Shown in pieces: positions 1 to 9,110 of a DNA stretch of 44,810 bases. A program made the translations under genes and the position numbers. Source of the DNA: a virus (taxonomy: Duplodnaviria > Caudoviricetes); IMG/VR virus record IMGVR_UViG_3300008255_000028, positions 1 through 44,810 of that record. One strand, 5' to 3'. How positions within the stretch are numbered: the first letter of the stretch is position 1; each line of letters starts with the position of its first letter. Below the pieces are notes generated by a model that saw nothing but the letters and a program-made list of their open reading frames with translations, was not told the DNA's origin and searched no databases.

Positions 1-123
1 ACAAAATAAGCCTTTCTATCGCTTCGATTTATCGTGATTGGGTTACCATAGCAAACTTGCGCTATGTTTGTTTTATGATCAATATTTAAATAGGGACATC
101 TTTCTTCTAAATACTCTTTAATA
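1..123. repeat. Terminal direct repeat, left copy (circular overlap)
   Basis: 1-123 is identical to 44688-44810. Confidence 0.97.
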
Positions 124-416
124 AACTCAAACAGTGTGGTTAAATGATAATAACAAAATGATCCTAAAAGAGTATCACAATCAACTTCATAACTATCAGG
201 CGTTTCATTTTCAGTCATATGAATAAAGTCATTGATTGACTTCACTTTGTCGTAAAGCTTAAAGACTTCTTCTTTAGCGTTTTTAAGTGCTAAGGCGTGG
301 GCTCCTAAAAGATCGTTAGCCGCTATTTCAGCGTTTTCAATGTCGATCATTAGCGCAACGGCTTCGACTTGTTCAGGCGTTCTAGTATCGTTGTCACTGG
401 TGTCTATATAACTCAT
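1..416 (-). CDS. Hypothetical protein, N-terminal part of a 233-aa ORF spanning the circular junction
   Basis: ATG at 416 after AGGAGG. The frame is open to position 1 (MSYIDTSDNDTRTPEQ...RKAYF) and continues at 44687 into the 44402..44638 ORF. Confidence 0.88.
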   Translation of the reverse strand, partial: MSYIDTSDNDTRTPEQVEAVALMIDIENAEIAANDLLGAHALALKNAKEEVFKLYDKVKSINDFIHMTENETPDSYEVDCDTLLGSFCYYHLTTLFEFIKEYLEERCPYLNIDHKTNIAQVCYGNPITINRSDRKAYF

Positions 417-451
417 GTTTAACCTCCTATGGTTATTTGTTATCGTCGATA

Positions 452-1033
452 TTAGATAAAATCTGTAACGGTCATATTATGATACTCTTCAAGCGTTTGT
501 TTTTCAGGGTTAAAGATCGTTGATTCTCTGAGCTTTTTGTTCGCATGATACTGCTTTACTTTTTCTATACGTCTCTTTTCTCTTTGAGCCATTTTCCCCT
601 CATATCTTGACCATTCCTCCATGATAAACATATACGCAGCTTTATATCGTTGCATATAAGGGTATTCACATAGATAAAATCTACTAGGAACTACAAGCCT
701 GTGATACCCCTTGCCATAAAGACAATACTTGCTTTTCATCGTAGCCGAGGTGAATCCTGCCGCAGACAATAAAGCTCTTATAGCGTCTATTTTTCTTGTA
801 TCGACGACATGAGAGCCTGCTGCCATGATATCATAGTTAAATCCATACTCCTTTTTAGCCCTAAGAATTAAGTCCATTAAGGTCATGCGTGGTTCAGTAC
901 AAACGCATTTAATTAATCCCTGCGCATTGTTGGCTGGATTGGTGATTAATCCCGTCGACATTATTCTCTTATATACTGACGGTGTAACTGTCTTGCCTTC
1001 AGGTGTAATAAAAAGTCGATGTCTGGTTTTCAT
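452..1033 (-). CDS. Hypothetical protein, 193 aa, basic, ends VTDFI
   Basis: AAGGAG SD upstream; first gene of the leftward arm. Confidence 0.85.
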   Translation of the reverse strand: MKTRHRLFITPEGKTVTPSVYKRIMSTGLITNPANNAQGLIKCVCTEPRMTLMDLILRAKKEYGFNYDIMAAGSHVVDTRKIDAIRALLSAAGFTSATMKSKYCLYGKGYHRLVVPSRFYLCEYPYMQRYKAAYMFIMEEWSRYEGKMAQREKRRIEKVKQYHANKKLRESTIFNPEKQTLEEYHNMTVTDFI

Positions 1034-1078
1034 TTATGTTGCTCCTTTATAATTTACTACGTTTTTGTAGCTGTAAGT

Positions 1079-1107
1079 TTTTTAACACTAATTTACTGTG
1101 TGGTCAA
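1079..1107 (-). promoter_or_regulatory. Candidate sigma70-type leftward promoter
   Basis: TTGACC, 17-bp spacer ending TGT, then TAAAAA; imperfect -10. Confidence 0.4.
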
Positions 1108-1600
1108 GTGTCGTTTTGTAATTATTTTAATGATTTTAAAAAAAGTTTTATTCATAGCTGCGCTAGACGCATAGATCTATAGAATTATGCAGCCACGAAG
1201 AGGAATATATGAATTTTAAAAGGAATGTCTCTTCGAGGTTTGAGGCTACACTTATATTATGTAATTGTAGAATGCTTTAAGTGTTTAAAAGTACATTACA
1301 CTTATATGGTTCAATTGAAAGCATTTATTTTTAAGTAATTAAGTTTTTAAGTATCTAAAATCTTTATCTTTTATACTTAATTAATTAAATAAATATATAA
1401 TGTAGTGAAATGTATGTATTAAAGTTTCTGGGTTAAAAAGTGGGAAATATACGAACTTAGTGACTTAGAGCATTAAAACAGTGATTTATGTACCAATCGC
1501 CCAGAAACTCTTCAGCGCAAGAGCTCACATTGCTATAACACTATATGAACAAAACGATATTTAAATAGGGATATACTGAGTAAACACTGTAAGATTCTAA

Positions 1601-2040
1601 ACTCTCCAAACCACCACGACCACAAACCGTCCAGACTCTGCGCATGCCATAACCATCGAAGAGCCGCCAAGCAACGCAGCGACTCAACGGCTAAACGCCT
1701 AAACGCTCTCTAAGCCATTTAACCATTGAGTGGCTACTACCCTAGCGACCACTATGCCCTGAGCGTTCTAAACGAATCCTCGTAAGCCTGACAGCGTGTC
1801 CTGAGCGTACGCTAAGCCTTGGCGAGCGTTTAGGCGTGGTGATCGGGAAAGATGTGTGCGCTAAGGGCATAAAGGTTTTAAGGCTTAGCAGTTGGAGAGT
1901 CGAGGTGAACGTGCAGGCGTGGCGATCGTTGTGGGCGTGGTGATCGTGACGAACGTTGAGGAAAAAAGTTCCGTTTAGTCGTGGAGTTGCGTTAAGGCTA
2001 AACCCCCTTTTTGTTCTGAACGTCGTGGGGTATACCCTCC
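1601..2040. other. GC-rich non-coding array of oriented short repeats (candidate pac site or origin)
   Basis: C/A-rich left half and G/T-rich right half; inverted repeat 1695-1708/1824-1837; GGCGTGGYGATCG three times. Confidence 0.55.
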
Positions 2041-2219
2041 CGTCCTCAAAGTCCACAGCGACTTCAAGGGTACTTACTGCACTAATATACATATTGGAGT
2101 AATATTACTTACTGTATTAACGTACCCAAGGAGGGGGTCTTAAAAATTACAGATATTTAAAACACCAGTACATACTGCACTAAGAGCCCTGTCAACACCT
2201 TTAGCCCTGAAAATAGCTC

Positions 2220-2249
2220 TTGCGCTCCTGTGAAAAAGTTATATAGAAT
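2220..2249 (+). promoter_or_regulatory. Candidate terS promoter
   Basis: TTGCGC, 18 bp, TAGAAT; the ATG lies 7 nt after the -10. Confidence 0.45.
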
Positions 2250-2255
2250 CGAAGG

Positions 2256-2801
2256 ATGACATTATCGAAGAGCGAGAGATTATTTATCGACGCTTACGAC
2301 GGTGATGAGGTAAACGCTATGAGGGTAGCAGGATATATGGGTTCAGATAAATACCTCTCTCAGAAAGCAACTCAGTTATTGTCGAAGCCACAAATTGTAC
2401 AGGCGATCAAAGATCGAAGCCTATACATCGCTACGTCTAAAAAAGCCATAGCTGACAGAGAAGAACGACAGAAGCTTTGGACTGACATCATGAGGAATAA
2501 TGATCCTTATCACAAAGAAGAGTTCGACAGCAACGGGGTTCCTATTAAAGAAACAAATATTCCAATCGTCACCCGATTAAAAGCATCCGAGCTTCTTGGT
2601 AAGTCGGAGGCGGATTTTATCGATAAGCTTGACGTTCAACAGAATGTTACGATCACAGAGCTTATCAAACAATCATACTCAACGACTGACGACATCGATG
2701 CCATTGAGGCAGAGTATGAAGAACTCAGAGAGAAAAAAGAACTTCAGCAAAACATAACAATCGAAGACACAAGTACCAACTCCATCGAAGACTTTTTATA
2801 A
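2256..2801 (+). CDS. terS: Terminase small subunit
   Basis: N-terminal HTH (FIDAY...AGY...ATQLLSKPQIVQAI), RLKASELLGK motif, directly upstream of TerL. Confidence 0.9.
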   Translation: MTLSKSERLFIDAYDGDEVNAMRVAGYMGSDKYLSQKATQLLSKPQIVQAIKDRSLYIATSKKAIADREERQKLWTDIMRNNDPYHKEEFDSNGVPIKETNIPIVTRLKASELLGKSEADFIDKLDVQQNVTITELIKQSYSTTDDIDAIEAEYEELREKKELQQNITIEDTSTNSIEDFL

Positions 2802-4351
2802 TGTCAAACGTACAACGACTGCTCAACAAGCCTGCAAGTCTTCAGCCTCATCAAGTCATGAAGCTATGGAGGGCAAAGCCCAAAATATTCTTTAGGGACG
2901 TATTGGACTTTACTCCACTACCATGGCAGGAGGAGTGTGCAGAGCTATATGTGAATAATGATCGTTTAGCTATGGTGGCATCTAAGGGTGTAGGAAAGAC
3001 TAGATTCTTAGCCTCGATCACATGGCACTTTTTTATTACTCATCACATGGCAAAGATTGCCGCATTGTCGATTACTAAAGATCACTTAATGGCGAACCTT
3101 TGGGCGGAACTTCTTAAAGCTCGTGCAGAGTCACCACTACTTGTTAAGTCGACGAATGAAGGTTTCTCAAAGATAACTCTTAAAGGTCATGAAGGGTATT
3201 GCTTCATTGATGCCAGATCCTTTCCTAAGCAAGCCGACGAGAGTCAGCAGGCGTCAGCACTAGCAGGTCTTCACGCTGACAACGTAGCCTTCGTTATCGA
3301 CGAGGCAGGGACTATTCCCGATGCAGTTATTCAAACGGCGGATGCGGCATTATCGACGGGTAGTGAAGGAAATAAGAAAGCTAGGCTTCTTGTGACAGCT
3401 AACCCTGAAGAACCTAAAGGTACAATATACCGAGCTTGCATGGGCAAGACGAAACAGAAATGGGCAGTTTACCGAGTATCAGGAGATCCCGATGATCCAA
3501 AACGTTCTTCACTGGTTGATAAATTATGGGCGCAAGATCTTATAGATCAATACGGACGTGACGACCCTTGGGTTATGGTGAACGTGCTTGGTAAATATCC
3601 AACGGTTTCGTCGAACCAACTACTCACCGAACAAGAAATATTTGAATCAATGAACAGAGACGTTAAGGAATCTGATATTAAAAATCATCAGCTTCGTTTG
3701 GGAATCGACGTTGCTAGAGGTGGTGTCGACTCTACCGTTTTCGCTATGAGAAGAGGGCTTAAAGCTTATCCTGTTGAACAAATAAGTTCCAACATTATGG
3801 GACCTGAACTTGCGAGTAAGGCTGCCTTCATGGTCGAGGAAAAAAGAATTGAAAGAATCTTTGTCGATAATACAGGGGGCTTTGGATCTTCAGTGGTTGA
3901 CTCTCTTGCATTATTCCCTAACATCGATATAACACCTGTCCACTATTCATCGAAGGCTCAGGATAAAAGGTACTATAACAAACGAACTGAGATGTGGGTG
4001 AGGCTTAGAGATTGGGTTCGTAAAGGTGGATGCTTACCTAAAGACCCTCAACTAGCAGATGAGATACTTATGCCTAAACTTATATTCCATGGTGGAGTAT
4101 TTAGGTTGGAAGAGAAAGAACAAATTAAATCAAGACTTGGGAGATCTCCCGACAGAGCGGATGCGTTAGCTCAAACCTTTGCAGATGTTGAGCAGCCAAG
4201 CTTCTTTGCTGACTATTCGGGGGCGGCAATCGCTAAGCAGTTTCAAGATCCTTTGGACTATTATAGGCATAAAGCAATGTCAACAACTTATTATTCTGAT
4301 GAGACTCAGATTGACAATTATTATAAAGTGTCGCCTAATTATAGATCATAG
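2801..4351 (+). CDS. terL: Terminase large subunit
   Basis: Walker A KGVGKT, Walker B VIDEA, ANP coupling motif, nuclease motifs LGIDVARGGVD and RSPDRADALA. Confidence 0.96.
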   Translation: MSNVQRLLNKPASLQPHQVMKLWRAKPKIFFRDVLDFTPLPWQEECAELYVNNDRLAMVASKGVGKTRFLASITWHFFITHHMAKIAALSITKDHLMANLWAELLKARAESPLLVKSTNEGFSKITLKGHEGYCFIDARSFPKQADESQQASALAGLHADNVAFVIDEAGTIPDAVIQTADAALSTGSEGNKKARLLVTANPEEPKGTIYRACMGKTKQKWAVYRVSGDPDDPKRSSLVDKLWAQDLIDQYGRDDPWVMVNVLGKYPTVSSNQLLTEQEIFESMNRDVKESDIKNHQLRLGIDVARGGVDSTVFAMRRGLKAYPVEQISSNIMGPELASKAAFMVEEKRIERIFVDNTGGFGSSVVDSLALFPNIDITPVHYSSKAQDKRYYNKRTEMWVRLRDWVRKGGCLPKDPQLADEILMPKLIFHGGVFRLEEKEQIKSRLGRSPDRADALAQTFADVEQPSFFADYSGAAIAKQFQDPLDYYRHKAMSTTYYSDETQIDNYYKVSPNYRS

Positions 4352-4361
4352 GAGCTTTTAA

Positions 4362-4757
4362 ATGGCAAGTCTACTCGGCATGACTCTTTACAATGACCAA
4401 GACGAAACGGCAGCACAGCAAGGTGCGTTATCAGGCGCAATGTCGGGAGCGGCAGTAGGGTCAAAGTTTGGCGTAGAAGCTGCTGTTGCAGGGGCAGTCA
4501 TTGGCGGAGGGCTTGGAATGATCCAAGGAGCTAAGGCATCGAAAAAACAAAGACAGGCTGCGGATCAAGCGGCACAGGCGGCGGAGGCTGCAAGAATACG
4601 AATGAGAATAAATGAAGCAGGAAGAGCGGAGCAAGCCACGAACACAATGGCGGCAGGGCTCGCAAGAAACACAAATAAAAATACAAACAATGTCGGCGTG
4701 ATTGGTTCAGGGCTTTCAAATAAAGCGGCTCCAATGTCTTCTGCCGGAACATTCTAA
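4362..4757 (+). CDS. Gly/Ala-rich putative virion or pilot protein
   Basis: Glycine-zipper-like segment plus coiled coil; AGGAG SD; lies between TerL and portal. Confidence 0.65.
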   Translation: MASLLGMTLYNDQDETAAQQGALSGAMSGAAVGSKFGVEAAVAGAVIGGGLGMIQGAKASKKQRQAADQAAQAAEAARIRMRINEAGRAEQATNTMAAGLARNTNKNTNNVGVIGSGLSNKAAPMSSAGTF

Positions 4758-4767
4758 GAGGTATATA

Positions 4768-5232
4768 ATGGCGAAAAAAGCTAAAGTAAAAAGAAAACCT
4801 TCAGGCGATATGGTCACAGCTACAAGGGGTCCAATAGGCGGAATGGTTTCAGCTACAAGATCTGAAGCTCAACCTGTTCTTTCAACTGTTGTATCTGATT
4901 CTACAGGGCTCCCTACTCTTTCAGAAAGTATTCAAATGCGTGAGATGCAAAAGGCTAAAGGACTTGGACCTCAAGAAGTTGCTTCTGCTAAAGGACTTGG
5001 GATTCCACCTCAAGCAGCTTCTTCTGCTAAAGGACTTGGGATTCCACCTCAAGCAGCAAATAGTTCATCAAGAAAAGCTAAAGTAAAAAGAAATAATGCT
5101 AAAAAAGGCGACGACGTTTATGACCCTGAGATAGGCTTTGGTGCTTCTAAAGGACCAAAAGAATCAGGACGTGCAGCCGTTGAGAGAATTAAAAAAGAAA
5201 GAAAAGCTAAAGTAAAAAGAAATAAAAAATGA
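4768..5232 (+). CDS. Basic low-complexity protein with KAKVKR and AKGLG repeats
   Basis: The ATG at 4768 has a GAGGT SD and is preferred over the ORF-track start at 4702; the stop overlaps the portal ATG (ATGA). Confidence 0.75.
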   Translation: MAKKAKVKRKPSGDMVTATRGPIGGMVSATRSEAQPVLSTVVSDSTGLPTLSESIQMREMQKAKGLGPQEVASAKGLGIPPQAASSAKGLGIPPQAANSSSRKAKVKRNNAKKGDDVYDPEIGFGASKGPKESGRAAVERIKKERKAKVKRNKK

Positions 5233-6986
5233 GCAAATTAAATTACGCTGAGGTTACAGCGATACGAAATAGACTTCGAGATGGCATGAGCCGTCAGCTT
5301 CCTTTATGGAGAGAGTTGGCGAGGTTCATAGCTCCTGAACGTCTTAAAGAGAATCCTGACGATAAGAACAATGGATCTCGAAAAGACATGAGGATTATAA
5401 AGAACCAAGCCGGAAGGTCGTTAAGAACTTTCGTATCAGGTATGATGAACGGGGCGACTCCAAGATCTCGTCCATGGTTTAACCTTACTGTTAATTCAAA
5501 GTCGAAGGCTAATTCTTCGGCGGCTAAAAGATTTTTTACAGAGAGTGAGAACGTATTAAACTCTCATTTTCAAGTTTCAAATCTGTATCGTATCCTTCCC
5601 ATGGCATATAAAGACGTAGGAGTATTTTCAAATGCGGCGTTTGCGATGTTACCTCACCCTCGCTTCGGTTTTTATTTTTACCCTTTTGCTATTGGGACAT
5701 ATGCTTTTGCCTGTGACACTGAGGGAAATACCAATATGTTTACTAGGGATTTCTCCCTTACCGTTCGTCAAATCGTTGAGCGATATGCAGGAGTAAAACC
5801 TAACGGCCAGATAGATTGGACGAATATTCCTGTATGGGTGAGAACAAGTTGGGAGCAAGCTAAGTATCTTGAGACCATGGTTCTATCGCAGGTGATTGTT
5901 CCTAATCCTACATATAATCCTGATAAGCCTTCTCTTGATCCTGCTGATAAGAAATTCCAATCATATACTTTTGTTCAGGCGATGGGCTCAAACCTACCAC
6001 CTCAAACGTCTAGCGGTTTTAGAAATGAGAACTCGGTAGGACAAAATGATTTTATTAAGATCAGTGGTTTTGATTATTTTCCTGTTATTACACCTCGATG
6101 GGAGGTCATGCCTGAAGAGGACTATGGCGTGGATGGTCCTGGGCACATCGCTTTGGGTGACGTGCAGACTCTTCAAGAGATGGAGAAGTGGAGACTAGAA
6201 GCTATTGCTAAAAACATTAAACCACCTATGGTTGGTCACTCTTCTCTTAGAAGACACCAAGCTTCGATACTTGCAGGCGGCATCACTTATGTCGATGATC
6301 AAGGAGCGCAAGCAGGGTTTAAACCTGCCTTTCAGGTTGATCCAAAAATTTCAGATCTTATTGCTGATCAACAAGAATATGTTCAGGCTATACGTTCCGC
6401 TTTCTATGAAGACTTGTTTCTAATGCTTTCAGGTACAGAGTCAAAGTCGCATGTAACGGCAAGAGAGATCGATGAGAAAGCTGCCGAAAGAATGTCGACG
6501 TTAGCTCCTGTGCTTGGTCAGTGGGATCAGGACTTATCTTCTAAATTAATTTCTAATGCTCAACTAATACTTGAACAGGCGAAGCGTTTACCTCCAAGAC
6601 CTAAAGAGCTTGAGGGTGAATTGTTACGTCCAGAATATATTTCAATCTTAGCTCAAGCGGCTAAGGTAAGTATGATGAACTCGCTTGAAAGATATTTAGG
6701 GTTCGTAGTTAATATGGCACAAGTAAATCAAGATCCTGCTTTACTTAAAATGCTTAACGCTGAAAGAGCGATACGTATTTATGGTGATTACGTTGCTATT
6801 GATCCGACGATTGTTCCGAGTGAAATGGAGTTTGAACAGATCAGACAAGTGGAAGCTCAGAAGCAAGCGCAGGCTCAACAGATGCAACAAATGCAGGCGG
6901 AAGCGCAAACATCAAAAGATTTATCACAAGCCAAGATAGGAGAGGGGTCTATGCTTGATACATTATTGCAAGCATCGCAGCCGTAA
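5229..6986 (+). CDS. Portal (head-to-tail connector), Bbp21/T7 gp8-like
   Basis: TPRSRPWF, PRW...YG..GPG..ALGD and VTAREI..K..E motifs; Q-rich C-terminus. Confidence 0.93.
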   Translation: MSKLNYAEVTAIRNRLRDGMSRQLPLWRELARFIAPERLKENPDDKNNGSRKDMRIIKNQAGRSLRTFVSGMMNGATPRSRPWFNLTVNSKSKANSSAAKRFFTESENVLNSHFQVSNLYRILPMAYKDVGVFSNAAFAMLPHPRFGFYFYPFAIGTYAFACDTEGNTNMFTRDFSLTVRQIVERYAGVKPNGQIDWTNIPVWVRTSWEQAKYLETMVLSQVIVPNPTYNPDKPSLDPADKKFQSYTFVQAMGSNLPPQTSSGFRNENSVGQNDFIKISGFDYFPVITPRWEVMPEEDYGVDGPGHIALGDVQTLQEMEKWRLEAIAKNIKPPMVGHSSLRRHQASILAGGITYVDDQGAQAGFKPAFQVDPKISDLIADQQEYVQAIRSAFYEDLFLMLSGTESKSHVTAREIDEKAAERMSTLAPVLGQWDQDLSSKLISNAQLILEQAKRLPPRPKELEGELLRPEYISILAQAAKVSMMNSLERYLGFVVNMAQVNQDPALLKMLNAERAIRIYGDYVAIDPTIVPSEMEFEQIRQVEAQKQAQAQQMQQMQAEAQTSKDLSQAKIGEGSMLDTLLQASQP

Positions 6987-6992
6987 TATTTT

Positions 6993-7349
6993 ATGATTGA
7001 TGAAAAAGAAAAGCAAATGAGAGAACGTGCAGACGTTGAGAATGTAATGTCTTCTCCTTCGGGAAGAAGATTTATTTGGCGGATGCTCTGTTCTTGTGGT
7101 ATCTATAGAGACATTGAGGGGAAGGGCGAGGACGTTTTTAAGCAGATAGGCAGAAGACAAGTCGGACTTCAACTCCTAAGTATTATATCAGATGCTTCTG
7201 AAGATCAGTTAGAACTGATGATGAGAGAAGCACGAAACAATGATAAAGAGGAGAAAATAAAGTATGAGCGAGCAATCAAACACGCAGACAACATCGACAC
7301 CTACGTCGGAGAACTCCCAAGCATCTCAGGCGACGGCCCTGACTTCTGA
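6993..7349 (+). CDS. Bbp19-like conserved protein
   Basis: VMSSPSGRRFIWRML...GRRQVGL pattern downstream of the portal. Confidence 0.75.
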   Translation: MIDEKEKQMRERADVENVMSSPSGRRFIWRMLCSCGIYRDIEGKGEDVFKQIGRRQVGLQLLSIISDASEDQLELMMREARNNDKEEKIKYERAIKHADNIDTYVGELPSISGDGPDF

Positions 7350-7971
7350 GCTAAGCAGTTTAAGTAGAGGTGTTCAAGACACTCCTGTTTCAAATGCAGT
7401 CTCATCAGTTGAGCATAAAGCTGATCCTCTTTCAGTTAATACGCCTAAACAAAACGAGCAAGGCAAAGACATTGCTCCTACTCCTGCTACAAATGAAAGC
7501 GAAGAATATGAGATTGAATTATCTGATGACTCTCCTTTATCAGAAGAAGATCTAAACGAAATTGCGGCTGAAGCTTCAAGATTAAATCTTTCTAAAGAAG
7601 ATGCTCAAAAACTTTTAGCTCTTAAAGAATCTACATATAAAAAAGCTTTAACAATCGCAGAGCAAAAACAGTTAGAGAAAATCAATACGGCCAAAAAAGA
7701 AATTCTTAGTCACCCTGATTTTACAGGCGATAACAAGATTAAAACATTTGAATCAATCAACAGAGTGGTTGAGAAATTCGGTGACGAGAATCTTGTCAAG
7801 GCATTAAATACGCCTGAGATAGGGAATAATTTAGCAATAGCTTTATTTTTAAAGAAGATCGGCGACCTTATTGCTCCTGATTCCTTCGAGGGGAAAGGTG
7901 CTTTAAGTGCACAGAATGACAGTAAAGAAGCTGTTTTAAAAACACTATACCCAAGTTTTTATAAAAATTAA
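7264..7971 (+). CDS. Scaffolding protein
   Basis: Acidic and helical, GNN..I..F motif, LYP C-terminus, precedes the capsid gene. Confidence 0.8.
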   Translation: MSEQSNTQTTSTPTSENSQASQATALTSELSSLSRGVQDTPVSNAVSSVEHKADPLSVNTPKQNEQGKDIAPTPATNESEEYEIELSDDSPLSEEDLNEIAAEASRLNLSKEDAQKLLALKESTYKKALTIAEQKQLEKINTAKKEILSHPDFTGDNKIKTFESINRVVEKFGDENLVKALNTPEIGNNLAIALFLKKIGDLIAPDSFEGKGALSAQNDSKEAVLKTLYPSFYKN

Positions 7972-8063
7972 AAATAACTGTTGACGTGCTTTAAGATATA
8001 GTGAAAGCTATTAGTATAGGTAACTATTTTAACGGATTAATTGTTTTACCAAGGAAATAAAAT

Positions 8064-9077
8064 ATGGCACTTTTAAACTCAGACTTCCCTACATTACTTG
8101 ACCTTGCTCAAGCTCCTGAGAATAAAGAAGTATCTGAAGTCATTAACTTACTAGCAGCACACAACCCTATTCTTGAAGACGCTCCAGCTTTTGAGTGTAA
8201 CAAAGGTACTCACCACGAAACGACTGTTTTGACTGGTTTGCCTTCAGTTGCTTGGGGTCGTTTATACCAAGGTGTTCCTGCTTCTAAAGGTACTCACCAA
8301 ACTGTAAAAGACACGACTGGTTTCGTAAACTCTGCGGCTCAGGTCGACAGAAGATACGTTGATATTTATGAGAAAGCGGCTGATAAAGCTTCTGTTCGTT
8401 TAGATATGGCTGCTCAGCACCTTGAAGCTATGGCTCAAGAAGCTGCAAGAGCAATCTTCTACCACGACACAGCAGTTGATCCAAGCAAGCCAATGGGTCT
8501 AGCTCCACGTTTCAACAGCCTTTCGGCTGAGAACGGAAGTCAGATCGTTGATGCTGCAGGTATCGGTAACGACCTTACTTCTATCTGGATGCTAACTTGG
8601 GACAAAAGTTCATGTCACTTGATCTATCCTAAAGGTCATAAAGCTGGTGTTGATAGAAAAGATATGGGATTGATTCCGGTAGCAGATGCTAACGGCGATA
8701 CATACTTTGCATACAGAGAAGAATTTGCTCACCACTTCGGACTTTCAGTTCGTAACTGGCAGTACGTTTCAAGAGTTGCAAACATCGACGTAGGCGATCT
8801 TGAAATCGACGCTTCAGCAGGTGCAAACTTAATCAATACAATGACTGAAATGTACTACAAGCACAAAGGTCGTCGTGTAAATAAAGGTAAAACTTGCATT
8901 TACATGAACACTACAATCGTAAAATATCTCGACTACCAAGCTCGTCTTGCTCAGAATACTAACCTATTCTTGACTTTCGACAAGTACGGTCCTAACGCTA
9001 AAGAAGTGTTAATGTTTAGAGGTATCCCGATTCGTGAGTGTGATGCTCTATTAAACAGCGAAGATCAAGTTTCGTAA
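8064..9077 (+). CDS. Major capsid protein (Bbp17-like)
   Basis: PTLLD, NPILED, GLAPRF and FRGIPIRECDALLNSE motifs; 337 aa; AAGGA SD. Confidence 0.92.
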   Translation: MALLNSDFPTLLDLAQAPENKEVSEVINLLAAHNPILEDAPAFECNKGTHHETTVLTGLPSVAWGRLYQGVPASKGTHQTVKDTTGFVNSAAQVDRRYVDIYEKAADKASVRLDMAAQHLEAMAQEAARAIFYHDTAVDPSKPMGLAPRFNSLSAENGSQIVDAAGIGNDLTSIWMLTWDKSSCHLIYPKGHKAGVDRKDMGLIPVADANGDTYFAYREEFAHHFGLSVRNWQYVSRVANIDVGDLEIDASAGANLINTMTEMYYKHKGRRVNKGKTCIYMNTTIVKYLDYQARLAQNTNLFLTFDKYGPNAKEVLMFRGIPIRECDALLNSEDQVS

Positions 9078-9110
9078 ACAGAACGTTTTAACTTATACTA
9101 GAGGTATATT

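Noticed and set aside
1742-2092. 116-aa minus-strand ORF
   Set aside because: No SD and atypical composition; it overlies the repeat array and is probably a by-product of it.
6993-7349. Tails GPDF (here), AGTF (4362-4757) and KGDF (41905-42072) as members of the FI tag set
   Set aside because: They lack the terminal aliphatic residue, and two are constrained by an overlapping gene or SD; not counted.
7981-8010. Sigma70 promoter for the capsid gene
   Set aside because: TTGACG is a good -35, but no convincing -10 lies at 16-18 bp.
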